Positions 11,170-24,886 of a stretch of DNA of 64,000 bases are shown one piece after another (the stretch's first letter is position 1; the number at the start of each line of letters is the position of its first letter). Position numbers and translations under genes: made by a program. The notes beneath the pieces were generated by a model, which saw only the letters and a program-made list of their open reading frames with translations, had not been told where the DNA came from and did no database searches. Origin of the DNA: Trichosphaerium sp. ATCC 40318. Taxonomy: Eukaryota > Protista > Tubulinea. The stretch is from the NCBI GenBank assembly GCA_038496445.1, contig JALMLS010000353.1, positions 372,001-436,000 on the forward strand. Reading direction: 5' to 3'.

Positions 11170-11459
11170 TAAGGGGGCACGCTGAGAAAGGAATGACCTT
11201 AGCTCCACGGGCATCTTCAGGCGCGTAAAACGCTCGAACTGTGTAGATTGATTACTTGAGTTCTGTCTTGTGTAGAGCAAATTCGTTATTTTTTTTTGCT
11301 TTCAAATTGAGACTTTTTATCCCATAGCATGTACTAAGATGCTATGGGTAATGTAGTTTTGAACAAATATCAGTCGCAACTTTTGCAACTCACAATATTA
11401 ATCATGTCAACACGAAAATTTTTTGAACAATTTCTGCACATCTCAGCGTGCCCCCTTAA
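11170..11459. mobile_element. Non-autonomous DNA transposon (MITE), possibly Kolobok type
   Basis: Perfect terminal IR TAAGGGGGCACGCTGAGA (11170-11187) / TCTCAGCGTGCCCCCTTA (11441-11458), flanked by GTAA/TTAA. Internal 10-bp hairpin CCCATAGCAT/ATGCTATGGG. No ORF. Confidence 0.75.
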
Positions 11460-11594
11460 GGCATAAACACTGTGCGTTGGTAATGTATACAAAAAGTTTT
11501 ATCAAACATTCACTATCTTATACTCTATTAATCCCAAACACTATTTCTATGCGTGAATACTTCTCCTATCTTTTTGGGTCTTGTCAGTTGCTTA

Positions 11595-13080
11595 CTAACA
11601 TGCTTGCTGCCTTATGAAAAGTCTGTTCAATTTTTTCACACGCCATAATTTCTGACCATTCCAACCAACCATCTCTACAAATTGCGCAGAATCCCCTATT
11701 GAAACTACGCTTATACCATGGCATGAACGAACATCAACTTGGACTTTATGAGAGTATCTACTATGGTCAACATTTCCATGCTGAACATAATGAGACCACT
11801 TCGTTTTTCCATTGTTTTCAACCATAGATAATTCAACACCACTATCGAAATACGGTGAATAGGCATAGGTAAGTATTGTTCCATCTCCAAACAATAGAAA
11901 TCTAGCAGGAGACTCTACTGAAACGTCTGATTTCCATTGAAGGCTTAACTTGTTTGCTTCGAGTTTGTAACAGTGCACTTGACAATCTGAACTGATAAAC
12001 ACTTTATCATTTAGGCACTCGAAACTTTTACTAGCAAAAGGAAGTAGTGCTACTAGCTTACTTGATTTAATATCAAAGATAGTTGTACTGCTCTCAGCCT
12101 TTACATTATGTCCATTTATCTGTTTATAAGGTCCTAGTTTGGCAATAGATAGCAGATTCTCACTAGCAGAAATACTTAATGCACTTGCTTTGGCTACAAT
12201 TGAAATGATGTTTTTCTTCCATATTGTCTTTCCTTCTATTGAATGTTAGTCACTTTCATGTACAGTGGTTCCTTTGTCATACCTTTAGATATATTCAAGC
12301 AAAATAACATCCTCTTTTTTGGTATATATGCTGTATCACCATCAAGGCAAAAGAGAAGATCTCCAGAAAAAGCTATAAGAGGGTTCCTAATACCAATTTT
12401 TTTTTTCCATTTTGTATTTCCAGTTTCAATGTCAACACCCAATATATGTTTCTTTGTTGTCAATATAACAATGTCATGGGTAATTAAGTGATTTTGATAG
12501 GCTTTCACCATCTTCGGGGTTGCCCACAAGTTGCGACCGCTTTCTGTTTTGAGCATCAAATACCATATGTCAACATTAGCACGACGTAGTCCAACATGTA
12601 CTTCACGTGGTTTACGTTGCCAATACGAGAGTTCAGCTTCTCTAGAAATATTCAATATCTGTCCATTAGTAACATCTAACTTATCCTCGTTCTCTATAAA
12701 CACAAGAGGCGCCTGTAGAGTAAAGAGATGATTAACATTCAACAAACAACTTTTTTTTTCAACTTTCGAGAACGTAAAACCAGGTTTTTCGTCGGTTGAC
12801 GCACGTGTTGTTTATGCTCAATATAAGAAGCAAAATAAAAAACATCTTGCCACGAAGAGGACGTTAATATGTCGACTGGCCAACGACATTTGGGACCCCA
12901 ATGAAGTATCGGCCATTTTTGTCGTAAAAGAAACGAAGCCGACTTGTAGTTTCGCAAAATACTTGAAATTGTTGTGTTTGTGCTTGATAAGTACAGTATC
13001 GATTGAAAACTGTCGCAAGCGCTACAAACCATGTAAAGAGTATCAATTGAACATAAGACTTTGTCTGAGAGCTTTGACAT
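11595..13080 (-). CDS. F-box-like + PQQ/BamB-type beta-propeller protein
   Basis: Three ORF-track pieces join in frame through GT-AG introns (...KNL|APLVFIE..., ...NISK|EGKTIWKK...). Repeated D..TG...W motifs (GVDIETGNTKWKK, NNGKTKWS). Weak F-box-like N-terminus. Confidence 0.6.
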
Positions 13081-14578
13081 TGCCTGTAGGTGAAGAAGCT
13101 GGCTGTAGTTCCTAAAGCAGTCAAAACTATTCTTCATTCAACAACAACTTACTCAGCTGTTGGGTCAATAACGCAACAGTAACACATGGTTTGGTAGAGT
13201 CACCTTGTGGGACTACAACACGTTGATATACTGACGGATATTCAGTACAAGGTGCATATGTAACGGTGTTTATTAGTCTTTCACCAGTAGAGAACTTTGT
13301 CAATACAAGATCTTCGTAACAAGTTCAACAACTTCGTCATAGGATTGGGTATCGACTAGTCAAGATTTATGTTCGTAAGTGCGATTAAGTAAAAGCTCTC
13401 AACTGATAAAGCGTAAGTATTGAATGTGTACATTACAAGACAATTTTGAACATTGCCGGCAGAAGAAAAGTAGCTGAGAACTACAATACAAGCTACTAAC
13501 ACATAATGAATTAACACTGTCATCGGCAAACAAAGAGAAGCTGTCTTCAAGCGAGAATGCGTAGATACAGACCAAGATTAGTGGAACCACTCTGGTAAAC
13601 CTCTGAACACGCAACCGCGAATAAAATACTTACGAATAGTTCACTCGTGGTGAAGTATAGTTGTTTGCCAACAAAGTTGGTCACGTGTTTCCAAAGCAAC
13701 AAAAGAATAAGATAAAAGCTCAACTAAATTGTAATCGATAAACGTCAAAGACAGTCACTCAATCGTTGGTTTTATTTACCTCAGACAACTTATTAGTAAA
13801 CGCTTGACTTTGGTGTTGAGTATTTTCTTTCTTGCTAGCTATTTTAAGGCTTATTGACTATGTGCAAAGAATACATGACGCAACTAAAAAAGAAGTTCCT
13901 TGTGATGTTGATGTCATATTCCATTCCAGCTTCTCCGTTTTTACCCAAGTTCGCTTTCTCATTCAGGTACTTCCTCTGTGATTCTGTGGACTGATGACCG
14001 GCGCTTGGCAGCTAAAAGGCGCTACTATTACAACAAATCACGTTTCATCTCCTTTATCTGCAGGTCATTGCTTTAAAAAAAGACAAGCAATGTAGTTACA
14101 TATGTTGTAATATCAAAAAAACTGACATTGATGAAGTACCGATAAGAAACCCATAATAAAATGAAACAAATATGTGATTCTAAAGATCGAAGAACTGAAG
14201 GGAAAAAGTACTCCATGGCGTACTCAACCTTACGTATGCAGCCCTGAGGCGATCATAGGGTTATGTCGGTGTCGTACTGGTACCTGTACATGTTCGGCCT
14301 ACTTCGTTATTGTGAAGGGTGTCGTGACAATAAAAGAGTTTGCCAACAAAATTATTGTGACCTTTGCGCAGAAAAAAACGTTTCGTGACTTCGCAACAAA
14401 AATAACACGCGCACATGATTACTATAAGGGATGAAAAATAAGCGTACTTTATGTACAAATGAAGGATACAGATTTAGGCACGGCACAAAACAAGGACAAA
14501 TATTTGTAAAAGTTTTTTTTTAAGTTTTCGGTTTTTTATTTTGGCTTTCTTTACAAATGTACATTTTAATTTTTGTTA

Positions 14579-16409
14579 TTACAAAAGGAGGGATAATAGG
14601 GATACTGAAATAAGCGCTACTTGGCTGATGCCAAGGAAAATTTTTTGTTTAAACATCGTCAAAGAGAAGAAGTCTTTTTTTTTTTGCTGTTTCGACTTTT
14701 TTTCTTGTGGCTGCGGTTCGCACTTTTAAAACGTTCTTCTTTAATATCCTCCTACCTGGGGATGTGTATACGAGTATCTATCAGCTGCTCGTGCACATAT
14801 CTTGCTGAAAGTAGCTTTACAACCCTCAGAATCAAGAGCACAACCGTCGAAGATATTCAACTCATCACCCTCAAATCCCTTTCTAAACTGCTCGGTAATA
14901 TATTCTACAGCTTTATTTGCGTCTGCACCGCCTATTAAGTGTGTGAGTTAAAAAGATCAAAACACCAATTGTTTAAAAAATCTCATACCATCGTATTCCG
15001 GGAATAGGTTCTTTAGAGGAGATCGCGAGAGTTTAGCTTCGAATTTATCACGCTTGTTTAAGAAAAGAGTGAATTGTTTATTTTTCAGCTCTGGTATTTT
15101 CGAAAGTTCCCAAAATGTTTCCATAGAGTCTTGCATAGCGTTGGCTGTAAAATCAATGACATTCATTTCATCGTCTACAAAATAAAAAAAGTCAATAAGA
15201 GTCGTCTCGTATTTCGAAAAATTATTTAAAATGGCGTACAAACATCCAGTGCTGCTACGAATACAACAGCCGTTGATTGTCTCATAAATGTGGCCCACCT
15301 AATCTTTTGTGAGTAAAGGTCTACAAAAAACTTGGGCGAAAAACTGACTTACTTTCTCCTTTGATTCTGTTCTCCGCCAGTATCAATAAAGTTAAATTGT
15401 ACAGGCATGGAAGAGTAATCAGCCTCAAATAGATATTCTGAGATGCCCGTGGTTTTAATTTGAGCGTGCACAATGTCAGCGTCCGTAGGTTCAAAATCTG
15501 GCTGCATGATACGTTCTACGTGTTGCAAGACGCTTTAAAGTAAAAATGAGTACAAACGCCATTATTATAAAAAAAATAAAATAAAACATCACAACTCTCC
15601 GCGTACTATTCTGTTGTAGACGCAAACTGCCCTGAACCATGCGCTTGAGTCCATATTTTTTGTATAGCGTCTTTCTTCCACATGCGCACAATCTCGCGGG
15701 ACACGTTCGCAGACAGCTGGTACTTTTGTAGTACAACATCAACTCCGTGCTGAAAAAAAAAACATAAGAAACTACAAAAAGTTGGAGCAAAAGTGCACTA
15801 TTTTTTTTCTTTACAGCGCCACTTCACCCATTAATTTAGGGCAAAATACACGCTATTAAAGTATGTAATAGTGATTAATGGCACATTGTGCACTACTTAC
15901 TGTCTCTTCGAGGTGGTATGCTTTAAGGAACAATTGAATGGCATCCAGCAAGTTCTGCTTGAGTATCATGCCGAATTTATTCCTTTCAACCTTCGTGTAA
16001 GGTCTATGAATTACGCGCATCTGTTTAGCCACCGTAGACTTACCAGAGCTACCAACACCTACGCACATAAATAAGAGAAGTAAAACATTAAAAAAAATTG
16101 CTGAATGCCAACACGGCACGTGGTTCAAGAAATTTCGTGATAGTCTCACATGAAAATGATCGCGTGGATCTATCAATGAACTAGGAGTATTAACGTACCC
16201 AGTAGTAATACGTTGAGTAAGGGTAATTCTCTTTGGTGCTTCGTCCGCACAGTCTTTCGCTTTTGTTTTTTATCGCGCTTCTTCTTAGGTTCTTTCATCT
16301 GTTTCTTAGCACTCGCATCGACGACATTTAGTTTTGATTTTTTGCTTTTCTTTCGACGAAGTCGCATAATCCTTCGTTTAGGCTTCTTTTCCTTCTTTGT
16401 ATCACTCAT
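14579..16409 (-). CDS. Divergent G-protein alpha subunit (predicted GTPase-deficient), polybasic N-terminus, probable hydrophobic C-tail
   Basis: LLLGVGSSGKSTVAKQM, DIVHAQIKTTG, FIDTGGEQNQRRKW, LFLNKRD, GCALD. Ends at 14741 if unspliced (...HPQVGGY*), or at 14579 through an in-frame 45-nt (or 33-nt) GT-AG intron. Confidence 0.9.
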
Positions 16410-16921
16410 TATAACGTCACTGAAATTCTAAACAATAGAATCCGCCAATTGCTTTAAAACGACTACGCGCTGAGCTTATTATTTGTCCAAGAGCCCTCTT
16501 AGTCGGTTGTCTTGGTTAGTGTTTGTTCTAAACCAAGCCTCGTTGTCAACACGGAGTGCCAGTTTTTTGTATGGTAAATTTGTGAATTTTCAAAAAAAGG
16601 TACGCGAAGTTTTTAGCGCTAGCCCTTCTTGGTAAATGGTCCAAAAGTCGTTAAAACAAGAAAATACCAGGTCTACAAGATATCGATGACGTGACAAGTT
16701 TCTCCCGTTGGTTTTAGTTTTTTAGTCAAATATCAAATACCGTGATTCACTCGCTTGTTCTGATAATCCCACATTGCTCTACATGCAGTAGTGAGTTGAG
16801 ACAATTTTTTTTAGTGCGTTCCATTACCTTTTTGCGCCATACTGACGACAACATCTCGGATTTTAGGCCAAGTGAGATTTTTTTCGGTTTTTTTTTTTTT
16901 GCTTTTCAGCAAAATGTCTTT

Positions 16922-19900
16922 TTAGAGAAGGAGGAGTTTCGTTTTAAACAAGTTGTTTGTGCTATGTGTTTGAATGATCTGGGTTATGGTGTTGTGAGTT
17001 ATTGTATTCGTATTTAAATATCGTAAAAGAGATGCCATGGCACGCCACAATGAACCTAAACAACTCGCTGAGAAGAAACAATCCAAAAATTTTTACGTAA
17101 AAAAAACGAAAAAATTTGCCCGGTTAACCTTTTTCAATTTGTTGTCACGTGCGTTATCATACCTTCGCTAGATAACATAGGTTGTAATAGTACGTTTGAA
17201 ACACATTTTGATACCTCCGCCGCGAAATTTCGTGCGAGGTGCGTGATTGTCCTCAAAGAAGCTATTTTAGGCGTGTCGTCCAAGTTTTCATTCAAAACAA
17301 CACGTGAAAGTGCAGCAAGCAGTTTAGAGTGATCCAAAATAACCGTATTCCAACGAGGCACATTAGATAATAGAGCGTCGATGATAGAGAATAAATAAAG
17401 GCTCTCGCCAACCTAATTGCCGCTAGTTAACCGTCTTTGCAGTTTTTGAAGTAACCTTACCGTGTTATAACTGCATTCACTTTCTAATCGGTGGGTCACG
17501 TGACTGTAAAGGTCAACTAGCATTGCATCTATTTCTTTCGATCTCTCAATGGACGCAATAATAAATTGTAACACTTGAAGCTCTTCAGTGGTAGAGAAAG
17601 CAAGCGCGCTAGGAAAAACATCCTTTTGAAAAAAACGTCAGCGATCAAGTGATTGTATTTGTTAAACAAATCAAAATCACAGGTATATTGAACCAGATTA
17701 TTGTAAGATTACATACCTTTGCCAATCCTACAATAAACGGTTGATTACTCCGCAGCTGATACAGAAATTTAACACATTTTCGTCTTATCCTTCCTACAGC
17801 ATGTATGAGCTTGGGTACCTCTTGATTGCTTCCTTACCGCTGTTGTGTGATACTAAACTCATAAACTCTGAGTTATACTTCATTTCTATAGCTTGCTTTG
17901 CCGTGAGAACCACTTTAGTTGATTCAAGAGAGCGAATCCAATAAGAGTCTGAAAGAGCTTTAAAGTACTTCACTATTCGTATTGGTACTACTGCTTCATC
18001 TTCAGCGATCTGCGTAATGATGGGTTTGTATAGTCGCTTATGATATCTAACGCATAACCAACCAAGAGTCTCCAAGACCCAACTAAGCGCACGTTAGCTA
18101 AGAGACTTCGTCGTTTTTGTCAACAGAAAAGAACTTCTGAAAAAAATCAAAACATTTTTTCCGCTTTCAACTTGTCACAATCTCTTTTAACCAATGAGAT
18201 TGATCGGTTTACGGAAAATTATGTTACAAGGCTACAAGAGCAGCATTGTAACATACAATAAAGGCAAAATAAAACAGAAAACTGCGAAGGTGTACATCAA
18301 AACATACATCAAAACAAAAAAGGTTACTTTGTTGTTTGGTATTAGTAAAATAACTGTTACCTCTTTGGTTGCTTATCTGATAGTACTAGCGACAGGCAAG
18401 AAGAAAAATCTTCATGGTCAGTAAACAAACACGTGTCTAGAACCTTCGCTATAGGCTGTATATTAGCATCACCATCGTATGGTAAGCATAAAACGAGACG
18501 AATAAGTTGTTCTCTTTCATCCGCTTTTAAATCTATATTTAAACCACCTATGGAGTGAAATTAAAGTGTGCACAGTACAAAACAGTACAAGAGGGAATTT
18601 TTTATAATACCTATGGTTTCCTGTGACAAATGTTCCCCAGAAAATAAGGCACGAACTATTGAGTTTAAGGCTGGAAGTTGTACGGCTCTGAAAGATCAAT
18701 GTCAGTAGTCTGTATGCGCGAGATTGTAGCGTTCACAAAAAACGTCATGTGACAAACCATGTTTTTTTTTTTCCATACCTCATAACTTCTTTCACGTGGG
18801 CCAAAGAACTGTTAATATTGTTGTGTGTTAGGAGGTGGAATGTTCGCTCAATAAAAGGAACAACAGAAAGGGCTTGTTTACTCTTGATTTTCTCAATAAG
18901 AAATTCGCCCAGAGGTTTAGGATCTTCCTCCAAAAGAGCGTTTATACCTAAAATAACTCAGTGTTAGCCACTCGATGAGCGTTGATGTTGCAATTTTATT
19001 CAACTTCAAAGAGAATCTTGTAGTCTTATTAATACCACGTACTGTTAGAATGTTGTGTCATTGCAGTTTGGCAGCTTTTGGAACCATCCTCTTGATCAAA
19101 TAACACTCGTAAGATACCAGAAGATACTTCAAGGGCTTTTGAAATTAGATGGTTAGGCCAAGAAAAAACAGGGTTTTCAGCTAAACACTTCCGTTAATAA
19201 CTTGTAACCAACATGGTTTCACATGCCTTCAACTGCAAATTGATGTAATATATGACTCTTAGGACATGCGATTGCGATGCAGGACGTATGAAATTTCATC
19301 CAAATAGCCAAGATGTCAGTTGAACTATCTCCACTCACGGAAGCGTTCCAACCTTCTTCAAAATAGCTCCAGAATGCAACTTGGCATTCCTTGTTCTCAA
19401 CAAGTTCCTTTGCAGTAAATATACATGCATCGTCTGGGCTATGGTCAATCCAAGATAGAAGCCCAGACACTCTTGAACTCACATCAAAACGTTTTGTGAG
19501 GTCGCAAAAAGCCGATGGTGCGTCTTGGCCATTAAGAAACTGATTGAACACCTTCTTATTAGCTAGTATGATAAATCAGTGTAAATAAAGTAATCTGTTG
19601 CACTCACTAGTATTAGCAACCAAGCCGCTGAGTAGAACAAGTCCAGTTTTCTCGTGCTTAACCTGGATACAGATTAATGAAAACTATTGACTTGTGTAAG
19701 TTTTCGTGGCTTACCGACTCAGATTTCTCAATACGTTGTCGCTTAGGTTGTGGCTCATTGTTCAAATCTGATTCTTCACGTGTTCTTTTTGTACCCTTAT
19801 TTGTTGTAGTCATTGACTTGTTTGATTTTCGCCAAACTTCTTCTTGATGCAAAATCTTTACACGTTTTGTTAAAAGTGACATAGCATCAACTAGATAGTT

Positions 19901-21876
19901 ATCAATGAAACTAAGCTCTCCATCACTGACTTTAACATCCTTGAAAGGTGTTAGATCTAGAGCTCAACAATTTCTGCGAACCTTAATGCTGATAAGTGCG
20001 CGTGTCAATACAGGTAATAGAGAAGCGTTTTTGGTGAATTTTGATTCTGTGAGAAGAGTACAAAGCCAAGAAAGCATTAAATATCTTTGATTAACAAATT
20101 TTGCTGAAGCTTCCGTTGAGTTGACAGCAAAGAAGACTCTGAACATATTAGGATTCGACACAAGCTTCAAGTAAATACTAGTCAAATCGTAGGGCTCTAA
20201 AACAAGATTATAAAATCGTAGGGTAACTAAAACTCATACCTGTGCTGCTCAAACCAACGTGAAGTATAGAAGTCAAAGTCTCGCTTGCTTCACCACGTAT
20301 AGTCATAACGACTAATTGGCGTATAATCGTAGTCCGAAGCTTCTCTGGAACAAGTCCTATAACAGCAGGTATGTAAAGAGGTTGTGCTTTAGCTATACTA
20401 CAAATCATTGAAGTGAGCTTTTCGGTCTTTAATTGATTCTTAAGAGTGATGCCTGCACGCCAGGCAACATAAAGAATGTACTCCATTGCAAATATATAAG
20501 AATTAGGGAACTGTGGGATAGCCATAAGAATGAATAAAGCAATTTTGGTTAATCGATAAGCAGCTTCTTTTGTTGATTCTGCATGTGCCAGTACTTGAGC
20601 TTGATTCTCTGTGAGTTTAACAAAAAACTCTGAAACATGTGTTAGACATTTATGCATGCTGGAGTTGCCGGGAATTATCTTTAACCTAGAAAAAGAACTG
20701 AATACACCGTAGCCTTATTTGGTACGTACTGAAACTCTAAAGAGTGTTCTCTTGGTGTATGTTCTTGTGGAATCCTGTTATGCTTATATAAAGCACGAAT
20801 AAGTTGCTCACAAGTGAATCGCCAAAGCAGTTTGGATATTGTGTTGTTCGTTGTTGGTGCTGTATACGGCATTGAAGATCTTGGTGCAACCCTCCAATAG
20901 CTTCCTATTGCTCCTAGCAACCAACTATGAGGAATGGTACTAATTAGAGTTAGGTAACTGCCCAGGTAATTGTGCATACCTCTTTGTGTTTCTTAGATTA
21001 TTTAAGATACAACAAAGCAAGCTGTAATGTTGAACAGCTTTAGAAGGCACAAGATATGCGAGCGTGTGCTCCTAAAATTATGTTAACACCATATGTATTG
21101 TACTTTAATACATAGAAGACGCTATGAAATACGGAGTGAACACTTACTGTGGATAACTCTGTGTGGTGACGTTCGATATCGAAACCCATATCGATGTACT
21201 GATTCTTTTTACAGTATTGCATCCATTGAGCTCCTTTTCCATCACAAAGGTAATTACTATCATCTTTATCCCATAGATACGCTTCAGTATCCTATAATAC
21301 ACCATTACTAAAAGTAATCTAGACGAAGCTCCTTACAGATAAGAATGGTCTCAAACTTTTGTTGATGTTATCTTTAATCCGCTGCGGAATTTTCGGACCA
21401 ATCTTAAGTGTCTACCGTCGTTTACTAGTTAGAAAATGTTTAAAAAGAAAGACCTTGTTTTGTACCTTCTCAAAACAGCACAAATTAATATCAAATTGAG
21501 ATATGTGAACTTTAACTGACTTGACATTTGTCAAACTTTTTAAGTAGCTTGATATCGATTCTTCTATAGACATCAGGACTTCTCCCTTGGATCCAAGAAG
21601 GGCATGTATACCATATATAAATACAAGTTTTCTTAATACCTCAAGGACAATGATGGCGCCACTACACAAGGAGCATGAGAACAAAATTTCGTAGAACTGC
21701 CTCAAAAAAAAAGTACAAGTTCAAAAGCCTCAAGCTATGTTTAAAAAAAAAACGTATTGTAACGCTTCTTACAGAATATGTGGAGTTAACCAAAGACTAA
21801 AAATCGAAATATCCTCCCCAAAACTAAAATTCCCACCAGTCGTAGTTGTTTGGTTTTTTCCGTCACAAAGAATCAT
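16922..21876 (-). CDS. Large multi-exon Leu-rich alpha-helical (ARM/HEAT-like) protein of unknown family
   Basis: Chain of minus-strand exons bounded by GT-AG signals, helical Leu-rich composition, bipartite NLS-like KRTREESDLNNEPQPKRQR. Last exon ...FKTKLLLL*. Start codon tentative. Confidence 0.55.
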
Positions 21877-21924
21877 TAGCTCTTTGACTACGTCACAAAA
21901 CACAAACTAGTGTGATACAATAAC

Positions 21925-23197
21925 ATGATTGCTTGTAGCTCAACTTTGCCTATCATTCTTTCACACCAAGTACATTGTTGAGTTGCATTGGCTACTGGCA
22001 TTGTTAGTGCAGTTGTATTATATGGCACATACAAAGTTTTTCCTTCATTGTTTGCACCACTAGAGCTAGAGAAACAGAAAAAAAAAATCTACGATGGTTA
22101 TCTCTCTTCTGTTGCAACTTGCCTCACAGAGGTCTTCCCAGCATCATGCTTTAATGAGGTATATTAGTAACAATAATTAAGAGTTCCTAACACGCTTGTA
22201 AGTTTGACATTTATGGAGAAAGGGCAAAACTGATTCCTGTTGTAAGACGAGTTGTCAGAAGATATAAACAACTTAAAGATGATATGAAAAACTCAGCAGA
22301 ACTAGAAGGAGTAGAAAGAATTAATATGGTTACACAACAAATACAGTTTTTTACAATGTTAGAAAAAGATAATGACGAGAAATACAAGTCAGAAGAACAA
22401 GCACTAGACTACACGCCGGTTCGTGGTTTTTTTAACTTTTTTTTTTCTTTATTCTTAGAATATTCGTACTTATTCTGTTGTTTAGGTGATGTCTCCAGAT
22501 AAATCGGAAAAAGGTTTTTATATTAAAGTATCTTTGGATAGTAATGATATTGCACCAGCACTTCGTAGTGCTGTAAATTATGATGGAAAGAAAAAATGGT
22601 TTAGACTTCCAAGTTTTTTAAGAAGATGGCCTTCTGTACCAGAAGTCGTTTCTAAAATTGATGAAGCTGCAGCATACCTTAAAACTACAGATTATGGAAA
22701 ATGTCTAATCGTTTTTGAGGATGCTAGCTTCCTACAGTACGAAACTATTTTCTTTTTGCTATTCTCGCTTTTTTCTTTTTTTTTTGAGTTGGTGTTCTTA
22801 ACCCCCTTTGTTTAGGATCAATAACGAAGCTCAGTATAACAATATATTAGAATTAGCAAAGCGTAACAATGATGAAGATAGTAACATAAAAATTGTACTA
22901 GTAGAGAGTGAACCTGAAGATGTTAGACAAAGAAGAATTACCTTAAAAAGAGAGGCAGAACGCGAAGCATTAAAACGTGATGTGCTTGCAAATTTAAAGA
23001 TAAAACAGGAACTAAAACAACAACGACTAAAAGAACAAGAAGAAGCTATGAGAAAGTTGAAAGAAGAAGAAGAAGAAGCTAAGAGAAAGTTGAAAGAAGA
23101 AGAACAAGAAGATGAAGATTTAGATGAAGGCGACTATGTTTATGAAGATGAAGTTGATGAAGAAGAATTTGTTGAAGATTATTCTGATATTATATAA
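21925..23197 (+). CDS. Uncharacterised protein with N-terminal membrane anchor, coiled coil and acidic tail
   Basis: MIAF|ALATGIVSAVVLYGTYKVF after a 48-nt intron with GAG acceptor. E/K-rich coiled coil and D/E-rich C-terminus. Confidence 0.55.
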
Positions 23198-23476
23198 AAT
23201 ATGTGCTTAAACTTCTTTTTTTATCATAGATGTTTTGTGAGATTATATAATTTTCAACTGCACGTGACATGCCAATATAAGTTGTAGCAATAGTCGTCAA
23301 ATTGGTCCAGAATTTTACTTCGTTTTACTAAAAAAGTACAAGCACAAGGGAAAAAGCATGTGCCTTCAGTATAAGTTTCGTTCTAACTACTTACTGTTTT
23401 GTACATAATATGTTTTTTGCTGTGGAACTGGGTCTAATAGTTGGTAACAAGACGGTGAGTGTTAATAGTGATTAGT

Positions 23477-24886
23477 TTACTTTAAACTTGAAGAAAACAT
23501 AGATGTTGTTGGTGCTGCAGGTGTTTTGGGAGGCTAAGGATAACGTTATTGATAAATTCACAAATCTGAAAAAGCCCTTTTACGTACTTTACATAGAACT
23601 TGAGGAATATCTTTAATGTCTGCGCCACTAAACACAAAGAAAATTAATGTCAAGAAAAAAAAATAAATTGAGCATTGTTGTTTTAGCTTACATATTAAAT
23701 GCTCTGTCGGAAATGAAATTAGTTACAGGTAATATGATATCATCTAATTCATTCCATTCATTATGATCTGCTGTCTTTGACAGTGCAAGCACCTTTTCAG
23801 AATTACAAAATCCATGTAACTTCTAAAAAGAAAAATTAGAAAAAAAAAGCTCACAAACCACAAAGAGGGGTTAATTGCCTGTGAATGATAACATGGAATG
23901 ACATCATCCTGCTCTCCATGAATAAATAAAGTTGGACACGTGACTTTCTGGATATTACTACGATAATAATGAGGATAGATGCGGTGGGAGAAAACAATAA
24001 TAAAAAGAGGTAAGCAACACCCTAAGTTCACACAAAACAACTCCTTGCACCACCACGTACCTCCTGGAGTCCCAGTATTTTGGTGCAATAAAACCTACAA
24101 ACCCTGCTATATCTTTAGCTATGTCTCGTATCGATAAATAAGGGCTACAGTTGAATAAGCACAATTTACAAAAGGTAAATAAGAGGACTAAAATGCGGTT
24201 TGTTTACGCTTAAAACAATTCTGGTGCAATAGTGGCGTGGTTACCTCTGAAGAATTAGCGCAAGAGGGTTTTTGGCCTCGCTACATAATTTCCGGCATAG
24301 TTTAATTGTAGGACCTGTTCCGATGCTCCTACCGAATAGGATGATGTTTTGTGAGGGTATTTGGAGCATTTTTGTCATAAAGTCGTATACAATTCTGATA
24401 TCTCGATCAATTGCAGAGACAGAGGGAGAACCTGGTGATATACCATATCCCTGGTACTCATGTTTTATGATATTGGCCTTTTGGACGTGTCAGTTATCTT
24501 CAGAGTTTTAACTTCAATCAAAGATGTACCTTCCATGCTCTCGCTTTCATGCCAATGTCGTCGTTGCAACCAATATCTTCTGCGTTACCATGACTCCATA
24601 GTATGTACAGTTGACTAAGTTATTTTAAGAAAACGCACGGTATTGTCGGTAATGGGTGTTTGTACCTTTTAACGCCGTCGCAATTGTATTCGTGCAAAAA
24701 ACATGGCACTGAGTTATTTTCTGATTTTAGAGCGGCTAAAGGCTTCTTCGCCATATTTCTAGGTACCCTAAATGGTTTATAAACGTACGTTAATTAAAGT
24801 TGAGTGAAAACTAACCAAAACAGGCCATTAGTTGAATGAGCTTTGTAGGTTGAAGCTGGGGCTGGGAATACCACCTTGTTTAACAT
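23477..24886 (-). CDS. ABHD17: ABHD17-like alpha/beta hydrolase (protein depalmitoylase family)
   Basis: KVVFPAP..TY, WSHGNAEDIG, EYQGYGISPG, IILFGRSIGTGP (nucleophile), PTLFIHGEQDDVIP..HS, ADHN. Confidence 0.85.

Noticed and set aside
12713-12782. Apparent frameshift at an A9 run between two minus-strand ORFs
   Set aside because: Explained by a GT-AG intron that joins KNL|APLVFIE in frame.
13140-14460. Exon-like fragments on the minus strand
   Set aside because: No coherent gene model or homology; may be a degenerate gene.
21979-21981. In-frame TGA after Cys (possible selenocysteine or recoding)
   Set aside because: It falls inside a 48-nt GT-AG intron whose removal gives a clean signal-anchor sequence; no SECIS seen.
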